DNA from: a virus
Lineage: Duplodnaviria > Caudoviricetes
Strand: one strand, 5' to 3'
IMG/VR virus record: IMGVR_UViG_3300043103_000123
Span: 1 to 33,619 of that record
DNA: 33,619 bases
Shown here: positions 1 through 6,779 of the stretch, piece after piece
How positions within the stretch are numbered: position 1 is the stretch's first letter
Layout of the letters: each line of letters opens with the position of its first letter
Program-made: the position numbers and the translations under genes
Notes under the pieces: generated by a model
What the model saw: only the letters and a program-made list of their open reading frames with translations
Database searches by the model: none
Told to the model about the DNA's origin: nothing

Positions 1-323
1 CATAACGACAAAATAAAACCATACACTTTTAAACCTTACAAGAAAAAAATCGAAAATCTTTTAAGCTAACCTAAAAATAAACCCGTTTCCCTCCATCCGT
101 ATTTAAAAGGTTTTAGTCAAGACTGACAAGAAAAACTTTCAAATGATTTTATTTCACAAACCTTAAATAAAAATCGTTCATTTTTCTCACTTTTAGCTTG
201 CTAACAGATTTTTGCTCTATTTGGGCCGGAAATGGCCCTAGAATCGCTCCTAATCGTTCTTGGCTATGGCTACCCTCGAAATGATTTTAAACGTCTTAGC
301 GTTGAAATCCCTTATTTTATCAG

Positions 324-347
324 TGTTCCACGGCCTAGCGTGGAACA
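324..347. promoter_or_regulatory. Palindrome TGTTCCAC-GGCCTAGC-GTGGAACA (parS-like half-sites split by 8 bp; candidate protein-binding site)
   Basis: Perfect inverted repeat read directly. The arms equal the halves of the parS variant TGTTCCACGTGGAACA. Confidence 0.5.
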
Positions 348-407
348 TTTAAGAGAATATGCGCAGTAATTCTTTGAAAATAAGCTTGACTGTTAAAAGT
401 GCGTTCA

Positions 408-420
408 TAAGTCGTTGATT
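408..420 (-). promoter_or_regulatory. IHF consensus site
   Basis: Minus strand AATCAACGACTTA matches WATCAANNNNTTR exactly, in the non-coding control region. Confidence 0.45.
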
Positions 421-462
421 TTCAATGGTGAAAATTTATTTTCGTAAAAAGTGCGAATTTTC

Positions 463-491
463 TTGTGGGTCTAAAAGAAATAAACTAATTT
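463..491 (+). promoter_or_regulatory. Putative sigma70-like early promoter (leaderless)
   Basis: TTGTGG-17 nt-TAATTT, ending 6 nt before ATG 498. Confidence 0.35.
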
Positions 492-497
492 ACTTTC

Positions 498-698
498 ATG
501 ACTGCAACGCAACCAATTGAAACAGTAGAGTTTAACCCTAGTGAAGATTCCCCTATTAGATTACCTAAAGGCGGAAATCCACAAGAAAACGCAAGACATT
601 ATGAAGCTTGTGGATTATTTGCTTTTGAAAACGATAAGTTTCATAAAAGCGATGTTTATTATGAATGGGCAAGGCTTGAACGTCTTAAAATAATTTAA
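498..698 (+). CDS. Hypothetical early protein (66 aa)
   Basis: ATG-started ORF, first gene of the + strand cluster. No recognised motif. Confidence 0.65.
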   Translation: MTATQPIETVEFNPSEDSPIRLPKGGNPQENARHYEACGLFAFENDKFHKSDVYYEWARLERLKII

Positions 699-773
699 CT
701 TTTTTCTCGACTCTCTTTAAATAAGCATTTATTACTTTCCTTGTCAGACGAAACCACTAGAAAAATTAAAACG

Positions 774-1037
774 ATGAAAACACACAAGGAAATGACAAAG
801 CACGTTCGCAACCGTTTAAAAGTTGCTGGTATTAAAGCAAGTGTAACAATGTCTAAATCATGCGGAGTTCAATGGATAAAAGTTGACCCTATCTCCTACG
901 GTATCGAATTTACTAAAGAGGAACAAAGTAAGATCGTTTTAATTGCTAAGGTGAACGGTTTAACTCTTTCTCGTGGGATGGAAATTATTGATAACGGAAC
1001 CGGGGCAAACGGTTTTAATTTCGTTTTACCTGCTTAA
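774..1037 (+). CDS. Hypothetical early protein (87 aa from ATG 774; the ORF track starts at TTG 741)
   Basis: ATG 774 follows an A-rich leader and begins MKT like neighbouring early genes. Confidence 0.7.
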   Translation: MKTHKEMTKHVRNRLKVAGIKASVTMSKSCGVQWIKVDPISYGIEFTKEEQSKIVLIAKVNGLTLSRGMEIIDNGTGANGFNFVLPA

Positions 1038-1068
1038 AACTTTTTAATCCCCTAACTAATCCAATTAT

Positions 1069-1962
1069 ATGAAAAACAAAACATTCGACATTTACGAGAC
1101 TCTTACAAATGAACTTGTCACGCTTTTAGAGAAAGGCGTTTGCCCATGGCGTAAACCATGGCAAGCCATTGGAGGTATCCCGCGCAACTATCGCGGGTCT
1201 GCTTATCGCGGGGCTAATTCCGTCATGTTAGCTCTGACTTGCATGGTTGAAAATTGGGATCATTCAATCTTTCTAACTTACAAGCAGGTTACAGAATGCG
1301 GCGGAACGGTTCTAAAAGGTAGCAAGTCAACCATGGTAACTTTTGCGACTAAGATTGTTCCTGCTAAGTATAAGGGACGAGAAAGCGAGTGTCCCGCTAG
1401 TGAAAAAAAGTTCATGCTTCGCTATTACAGAGTTTTCAACATCGCACAAACTGAAGGTGTGAATCTTCCCGAATGGGAAATCGAAATTGATAACGAAAAT
1501 GACGTTATTGACACCTGCGAACAAATTGTGAATAACATGTCACAAGCTCCAAAAATTATCCACAAGGGAGGCAAAGCGTATTATTCACCGATCAAAGATA
1601 TTGTGGGAATGCCTAGCCTTAAAACCTTTGAAAGCTCACAAGCCTATTATTGCACCTTGTTTCATGAACTTTCCCATAGCACGGGACATTCAAGCAGGCT
1701 AGCCCGTAAAGACTTTGATAATGGAGCTTCGTTCGGTTCTGATCCTTATGCCTTTGAAGAGTTAGTAGCAGAACTTTCCGCATGTTTCATTTGTGGACAA
1801 GCGGGTATTTCAGAAACTATCAAAGAAAACTCCGCTGCTTATCTCGCTACTTGGCTTAAAGTCTTTAAAGGTGATAACAAGTTTTTCTTTCGTGCCGCTG
1901 CTCTTGCTCAAAAGAGCGCGGATTTCATCCTTGCTAAAACCTTTGAACCTGTAGAAGATTAA
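1069..1962 (+). CDS. ardC: ArdC-like antirestriction protein (N-terminal ssDNA-binding DUF1738 domain plus zincin-like metallopeptidase)
   Basis: Motifs PWRKPW, YRGxN, TYKQ..GG.V.KG.K, YRVFNIAQTEG, zinc-binding HELSH, and YAFEELVAE. Confidence 0.92.
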   Translation: MKNKTFDIYETLTNELVTLLEKGVCPWRKPWQAIGGIPRNYRGSAYRGANSVMLALTCMVENWDHSIFLTYKQVTECGGTVLKGSKSTMVTFATKIVPAKYKGRESECPASEKKFMLRYYRVFNIAQTEGVNLPEWEIEIDNENDVIDTCEQIVNNMSQAPKIIHKGGKAYYSPIKDIVGMPSLKTFESSQAYYCTLFHELSHSTGHSSRLARKDFDNGASFGSDPYAFEELVAELSACFICGQAGISETIKENSAAYLATWLKVFKGDNKFFFRAAALAQKSADFILAKTFEPVED

Positions 1963-1975
1963 ACCATAACTAAAT

Positions 1976-1996
1976 GGCTAGGTTCAATCCCTAGCC
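1976..1996 (+). other. Perfect hairpin with a tRNA T-loop-like loop
   Basis: GGCTAGG-TTCAATC-CCTAGCC: 7-bp stem with a TTCRANY loop and no U-tract. Confidence 0.6.
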
Positions 1997-1997
1997 C

Positions 1998-2033
<36 letters not shown>

Positions 2034-2034
2034 A

Positions 2035-2277
2035 ATGAAAACTTTTTATTTCAATACCGGAGTTTTATCACATAATAAACCATTAGGACTAATGAAAGGA
2101 CAAATGTGGAAAGGTGGAACTATGCAAATTCCTTTCGATTGTAAAGACGTGCCTGAAAATGCAATTTTTAAACATGCCAGCGATGAATCAGAAAAAGATC
2201 TACCTGATAACTGGATTAGAAGGGAAATGTTTAACACAACTATGGTTTCTAAATATGCTTTCTTTTTAATCCCCTAA
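2035..2277 (+). CDS. Hypothetical early protein (80 aa)
   Basis: ATG ORF in the co-directional cluster with an MKT start. Confidence 0.75.
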   Translation: MKTFYFNTGVLSHNKPLGLMKGQMWKGGTMQIPFDCKDVPENAIFKHASDESEKDLPDNWIRREMFNTTMVSKYAFFLIP

Positions 2278-2289
2278 CCTATACACAAT

Positions 2290-2448
2290 ATGAAAACCAA
2301 AAAAGTAAATCAATATTACGGAAACAATCTTGCAAAGATCAAAGCAGAAAAACCTAAATCTGTATTAGCTAAAGAATCTAATAAATTCGACAAGTCTAGT
2401 AAACCTGAAGCAATCGTAACCCCTAACGGATTAATATTTACATTATGA
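2290..2448 (+). CDS. Small basic hypothetical protein (52 aa, MKTKKVNQYY...GLIFTL), not in the ORF track
   Basis: Translated by hand. G-free leader, and the stop overlaps the next start (ATGA). Confidence 0.7.
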   Translation: MKTKKVNQYYGNNLAKIKAEKPKSVLAKESNKFDKSSKPEAIVTPNGLIFTL

Positions 2449-2591
2449 ACGCACTACAAATAGCAAACCTAATATTCCTCTTAATACAAGAGGCAAGACT
2501 AGATCCCGATGCAACTATTGTTTTTGTTAGAAATGATACTAGCAATTTCTGGATTTCATCTAACAAAAAACTAATCACCATAAGTCAATGA
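2445..2591 (+). CDS. Small hypothetical protein (48 aa, MNALQIANLIF...ITISQ), not in the ORF track
   Basis: ATGA overlaps at both ends (2445-2448 and 2588-2591). Confidence 0.7.
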   Translation: MNALQIANLIFLLIQEARLDPDATIVFVRNDTSNFWISSNKKLITISQ

Positions 2592-2755
2592 AAACTAAAT
2601 ATACAATCGCAACCGATAAGAACGGTGAAACCTACTACTCCACCACCGATGAGAAAGGTCAGACGATCTGCTCGTTCACCGAGGATTTCGAGGACATCTG
2701 GACACAAGACGATCAGGACGCCATTGCGGAAGGTTCCAGCCCGTCGAAACTGTGA
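2588..2755 (+). CDS. Small acidic hypothetical protein (55 aa, MKTKYTIATDKNGETYY...SPSKL), not in the ORF track
   Basis: ATGA coupling, MKT start and C-ending codon bias. Confidence 0.72.
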   Translation: MKTKYTIATDKNGETYYSTTDEKGQTICSFTEDFEDIWTQDDQDAIAEGSSPSKL

Positions 2756-2796
2756 TGAACCCGAACACAATATCAAATTGACGCAATTTTATTTAT

Positions 2797-2886
2797 ATGA
2801 AACTAACCATATCAATAATACTAGGAGCTTTAGCGATGTTAGCTTTAGTTATCTTTTCAATGTATCAACAACTAAACAATATATAA
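2797..2886 (+). CDS. Small single-TM membrane peptide (29 aa, MKLTISIILGALAMLALVIFSMYQQLNNI)
   Basis: Translated by hand. One hydrophobic helix, and the stop lies 1 nt before ATG 2888. Confidence 0.6.
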   Translation: MKLTISIILGALAMLALVIFSMYQQLNNI

Positions 2887-2887
2887 A

Positions 2888-3559
2888 ATGAAAACTACAG
2901 AATTTATAAATAAATATAGTCCTTGTAAAGACGGCAGAGAATATGCAGAAAAGTTTGAAACCATGGAGGAAGTCTGGAATAATTGTAAACGTCCCGATTG
3001 GTTATTTTGGATCTTAGAAAAACATAAACCCTTGGAAAAAGAACAATCTGTTAGATTAGCTATTGCATTTGCAGAATTAGCTTTAGTTAATTGGAAAGAT
3101 GAAAATGATAAAAGACCTTTTGAAGCAATCCAAGCGGCAAAGAATTGGTTAGAAAATCCATGTTCTGCTGCTGAGTCTGCTGCTGAGGCTGCTGCTGAGG
3201 CTGCTGCTAGGTCTGCTGCTAGGTCTGCTGCTGAGGCTGCTAGGTCTGCTGCTAGGTCTGCTGCTGAGGCTGCTGCTGCTAGGTCTGCTAGGTCTGCTGC
3301 TTGGGCTGCTGCTGAGGCTGCTAGGTCTGCTGCTAGGTCTGCTGCTGAGGCTGCTGAGGCTGCTGCTGCTAGGTCTGCTGCTGAGGCTGCTGAGGCTGCT
3401 GCTGCTAGGTCTGCTGCTGAGTCTGCTGCTTGGGCTGCTGCTGAGGTTGCTTGGTCTGCTGCTTGGGCTGCTGCTTGGGCTGCTGCTGAGGTTGCTTGGT
3501 CTGCTGCTTGGGCTGCTCAATGTGATTTAATTCGTCAATATATACCTAACCCTTTTTAA
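2888..3559 (+). CDS. Ala-rich repeat protein, Imm5-like family
   Basis: N-terminal ...RPDWLFW...DKRPFEAIQAAKNW motif, a long (E/R/W)(S/A/V)AA repeat tract, and a C-terminal QCDLIR..NPF. Confidence 0.7.
   Translation: MKTTEFINKYSPCKDGREYAEKFETMEEVWNNCKRPDWLFWILEKHKPLEKEQSVRLAIAFAELALVNWKDENDKRPFEAIQAAKNWLENPCSAAESAAEAAAEAAARSAARSAAEAARSAARSAAEAAAARSARSAAWAAAEAARSAARSAAEAAEAAAARSAAEAAEAAAARSAAESAAWAAAEVAWSAAWAAAWAAAEVAWSAAWAAQCDLIRQYIPNPF
3164..3517 (+). repeat. Coding minisatellite built from GCT runs
   Basis: Units are (GAG/AGG/TGG)(TCT/GCT/GTT)(GCT)n. Only six codons are used over about 118 codons. Confidence 0.95.
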
Positions 3560-3562
3560 ATA

Positions 3563-4309
3563 ATGAAAACAGAACTACAAGATATAAAAACTAAGTTAGT
3601 TAAACTAATTAACTTGTCAGAGAATGGAGCGGCTAGCCAAGGCGAGATTGATAATGCTTTAAATATGGCTGCTAGGATTATGGCAAAGCATAATCTAACA
3701 AGAGACGATATTGATTTAACATCTAGTCAACCTACAAAAAATGTTAGAATGTCGCGCGCTTATGTTTCATGCCTTAATTCAAACTCTACGACATGGGAAG
3801 GGAACCTAGCAAGTTTTTGTGTAGAGTTTATAGGTAATATTGATTACTATAAGACAAACGGTTTTTATAGTTTAGACAAAAGCAAGAAAATTACAGTTTA
3901 CTTTTTTTATGGTTCTTTAGACGAAGTAGAAATAGCAATTGAATTATTTACTGAGTTACAAGAAGCAATCTATATGATGGCAATGATAAGGTTTCAAAAC
4001 TTTTATTCTAAAAAGGGAGGTTCTTACTGTGAAGGTTTTATTGAAGGATTAGAACAATCATATCACACAGAGAAACTAAAACTTAGAGGAGATGAAATGA
4101 CCAATGCTCTAATGATTAAATCTAACAATACTTCTCTTATGATTAAGGAAAGCGCAAAAGATTGGTTATACCTTACACACAAAATAAAATTAAGAATGGG
4201 ACAAGGAACATCGGGAGCTAGCGGCGGAACCGATGCTCGCACAATAGGCAAAAAAGACGGTTCTAATTATTCTATCGGAAAAAGATCAAATACGAAAAAA
4301 ATTGGTTGA
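3563..4309 (+). CDS. DUF2786-domain protein
   Basis: N-terminal K.KL..L.E....S..E...A...A..IM.KHNL pattern and a central ..SY.EGF..G motif. Confidence 0.75.
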   Translation: MKTELQDIKTKLVKLINLSENGAASQGEIDNALNMAARIMAKHNLTRDDIDLTSSQPTKNVRMSRAYVSCLNSNSTTWEGNLASFCVEFIGNIDYYKTNGFYSLDKSKKITVYFFYGSLDEVEIAIELFTELQEAIYMMAMIRFQNFYSKKGGSYCEGFIEGLEQSYHTEKLKLRGDEMTNALMIKSNNTSLMIKESAKDWLYLTHKIKLRMGQGTSGASGGTDARTIGKKDGSNYSIGKRSNTKKIG

Positions 4310-4333
4310 CTCGTTTTATACATATCATAAATT
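4306..4333 (+). promoter_or_regulatory. Putative sigma70-like promoter
   Basis: TTGACT-16 nt-TAAATT upstream of gene 4384. Confidence 0.5.
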
Positions 4334-4383
4334 TCTTTATCGCCTCACGGCATCTAACAAAAACAACATAACACAAACAAAAA

Positions 4384-5106
4384 ATGAAAATCGCACTCGT
4401 CACAATCGCAGGTATCTCGGCAATCTCTTATGAAGTCCCATCTTCATTGGAGGAACTTAAAAACATTCTTACCCCAGATCAAAAGAAAGCTGAAGAAATC
4501 GCCTGTAATGCTGCTGTTCAATATTATCTACAAACTAACCTAATCAATGTTCGCAATAAGATTGCAGAATACCTTAGCAAAAAGTTTGAAATCAATCTAA
4601 AGTCTTTTGTCGGAAATGTAGAAGTGATTTGCACAGTTGATAATGATGGCAAGATTAACGGATATAAAGCCGTAGAAGGTAAAAAAACTTTTAAAGCTAC
4701 TGAGAAAGTTAAACAAGAATCTGCAAAGGATTTTATCGACCGTGTAATCTCTGAGAAAGCTCTTACACAAGATGAAGTTAAAAAGATTGTTCAAAAGATT
4801 GCAAATGCTAACCCGTTTAAAGCAGAACAAAAACGTGTTAGAGGTTCTGTAGCTTCAAAGCCCGTTGGCAAGAAATGGCTAACCCTAGCGGAAAAGATCA
4901 TTGCCAATGGTAATGGGGACAAAGCAGCGGAGCGCGTCAAGCTCGCCATCGGTCGCAAGCCTGATATTACAGGTGACGACGGCGTGAAGCGTCTCGCTAT
5001 AGGACTTGCCGAGGAAGCAAGGCTTGCCTTGGCCAAGCTTGAAGCGGAAAGCGACACCATGGCAGGGACGGAAGAGACTCCCCTTGTAGTGGCCGGAACG
5101 AAGTAA
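4384..5106 (+). CDS. Hypothetical Lys/Ala-rich protein (240 aa), probably highly expressed
   Basis: Long ORF with a G-free A/C leader, its own promoter candidate and a downstream terminator. Confidence 0.85.
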   Translation: MKIALVTIAGISAISYEVPSSLEELKNILTPDQKKAEEIACNAAVQYYLQTNLINVRNKIAEYLSKKFEINLKSFVGNVEVICTVDNDGKINGYKAVEGKKTFKATEKVKQESAKDFIDRVISEKALTQDEVKKIVQKIANANPFKAEQKRVRGSVASKPVGKKWLTLAEKIIANGNGDKAAERVKLAIGRKPDITGDDGVKRLAIGLAEEARLALAKLEAESDTMAGTEETPLVVAGTK

Positions 5107-5123
5107 AAAGAGGGAATTGGATC

Positions 5124-5160
5124 AAAAGCCCCGTAAGGTTTAGCCTTACGGGGCTTTTTT
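5124..5160 (+). terminator. Intrinsic terminator (possibly bidirectional)
   Basis: AAAA-GCCCCGTAAGG-TTTAG-CCTTACGGGGC-TTTTTT. Confidence 0.92.
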
Positions 5161-5163
5161 GTT

Positions 5164-5251
5164 CCATAAATAGCCCTTAAAGCTCTTTAAAATGTTTTTC
5201 GGGTAGAAAGTAGCCAAAAAGATTTAGAGCGGCTTTAAGAGCTATTTATGG
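5164..5251. repeat. Long imperfect inverted repeat (88 bp)
   Basis: CCATAAATAGCCCTTAAAGC...GCTTTAAGAGCTATTTATGG around a GGGTAGAAAGTAGCC core. Confidence 0.8.
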
Positions 5252-5340
5252 CTTAAACAGGGGGATAAAAATATTTTGAAAATAAAATTGACAGGTCATT
5301 TCGAGTCTGCTTATCGCAAATAAATAATGACACTAGAGAC

Positions 5341-5369
5341 TTGACAAATTCAACCTGTTAGAATAACCT
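5341..5369 (+). promoter_or_regulatory. Sigma70-like promoter of the replication operon (near-leaderless)
   Basis: TTGACA-17 nt-TAACCT, 8 nt before ATG 5378. Confidence 0.65.
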
Positions 5370-5377
5370 AACGGCGT

Positions 5378-5641
5378 ATGGATCACTTACAATTTTTAAA
5401 TCAATTAATGGATAATAATCTAGCTGTAAATCCGACTAGGGTTTTGTTATACATACAAAAAAATCCTGCTTGTATGCAGAAAGATATGTTAAAACCTTTA
5501 AAGATCAGTAGAGGATTATTATCGCAATGCTGTATGCAATTAATAAATAAAGGTTATTGTTATCAAGAAGGGTCTTACGTTTCTAAATATCATAACCTGA
5601 CAAATAAAGGTAGAGAATTATTAGAATCAATTAAATCATGA
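5378..5641 (+). CDS. MarR-like winged-helix DNA-binding protein
   Basis: RVLLYI...QKDM...L.ISRG.LS....L..KGY....LT.KG.E pattern. Confidence 0.8.
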   Translation: MDHLQFLNQLMDNNLAVNPTRVLLYIQKNPACMQKDMLKPLKISRGLLSQCCMQLINKGYCYQEGSYVSKYHNLTNKGRELLESIKS

Positions 5642-6600
5642 AAATAATAGACTCTCTAAAATTTGTTAAAAACGGATATGCTAAAAAAGATTTAGTTCCT
5701 AAGTTATGTCATTATCTTATAAAAGATAAAAGAGTTACTGCATATAATGGACTAATCGCTTTATCTAGTCCCATTAACCTTGATATAGATATAGCACCTT
5801 CTGCTATTCATTTTCATAAATGTATAGAAGCTTGCGAAGATACTATTTCAATTACAGTTGAAAAAGATAAAATAAGAGTTAAATCAGGTAAATTTAAAAG
5901 CCTAGTTAAATGTATTTCGACTGAAGAAGTTCCAAGTATAATTCCTGTAGGTGTTCGTTATAATATACCTAGTGACTTTGTAGATAGTGTAAAAAAGTTA
6001 TTACCTATAATAGAAAATGAAAGTGATAGATCATATTCTACTTGTTTATCGTTTGTAGGTCAATCGGCTATTGCCACAAATAACATTGTATTTGTTGAAC
6101 ATTGGATAGGTGGCGAATTACCTCCGATAAGCATACCTAAAAAATGTATAGAAGAAATTTGTCGTTACGGTAAACCTATCGAATATATTTTAGTTAGTCA
6201 TGATATGATATTTTTCTTTTATGAAGATGAAAGATGGATTGCCTCAAAACTAATGATTTGCCAGCTACCGGACTTTTCCAAGGTCTTGAATCAGGAGAGT
6301 AACCCTAGGAGCTTTCCAGATTCATTCTGGCAGGGTTTAGAGCGTCTTTCGCGCTTTACAGACGAAGCAGGTAAGCTAGCCTTGAGCAAGGGGATACTGG
6401 CGACAGGAGACGGATCAAATGAAGATCCTGAAGCGAGTATAGAGATACCTGATTTAGATATAGAAGAGAATATTTATTTTAACATATATCAACTTTTAAA
6501 ACTAAAACCTTTAGCAAACAGTATAGATTTTAAATATGGTAAAGCTAACTTGTTTTTTGGCGATAAGCTAAGAGGCGCAATTGTAGGATATAGGAAATGA
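5638..6600 (+). CDS. DNA polymerase sliding clamp (DnaN/beta-clamp-like)
   Basis: 320 aa with alternating beta/alpha repeats (AYNG, ATNN, KSGKFK, FPDF-like LPDF). It lies near the polymerase, as in KL1/PA73-like phages. Confidence 0.72.
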   Translation: MKIIDSLKFVKNGYAKKDLVPKLCHYLIKDKRVTAYNGLIALSSPINLDIDIAPSAIHFHKCIEACEDTISITVEKDKIRVKSGKFKSLVKCISTEEVPSIIPVGVRYNIPSDFVDSVKKLLPIIENESDRSYSTCLSFVGQSAIATNNIVFVEHWIGGELPPISIPKKCIEEICRYGKPIEYILVSHDMIFFFYEDERWIASKLMICQLPDFSKVLNQESNPRSFPDSFWQGLERLSRFTDEAGKLALSKGILATGDGSNEDPEASIEIPDLDIEENIYFNIYQLLKLKPLANSIDFKYGKANLFFGDKLRGAIVGYRK

Positions 6601-6779
6601 AAAGACTTTGTATAATTTGCGGAGCTAAAGTTTTTAATCTTAACCCTAAAGTTAATACATGCGATAAGTATTGTCAGCTTGCAAAAACTTCTAAAATTAC
6701 CAGACAAAGAGCTTTAAGATTATTAGATTCAGGAGATGATTTTTGTCGTGCGGATTATCTTAATAAAATTGACAAATGA
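6597..6779 (+). CDS. Small putative zinc-finger protein (60 aa)
   Basis: CIIC...CDKYC, with ATGA coupling on both sides. Confidence 0.7.
   Translation: MKRLCIICGAKVFNLNPKVNTCDKYCQLAKTSKITRQRALRLLDSGDDFCRADYLNKIDK

Noticed and set aside
1976-1996. tRNA gene or tRNA-derived attP
   Set aside because: Only a T-arm-like hairpin, with no acceptor, D or anticodon arms, and no integrase in the window.
2625-2891. 88-aa + strand ORF from the track
   Set aside because: GTG start and an Arg/Pro-rich off-frame look. Two better ATG ORFs (2588-2755 and 2797-2886) cover the same DNA.
3149-3520. Ser/Pro/Arg-rich minus-strand ORF
   Set aside because: Antisense shadow of the GCT repeat tract.
2888-3559. Diversity-generating retroelement target
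   Set aside because: No reverse transcriptase and no template/variable repeat pair seen; variation is in tandem units.
5288-5316. Second TTGACA promoter
   Set aside because: No convincing -10 box at 16-18 nt spacing.
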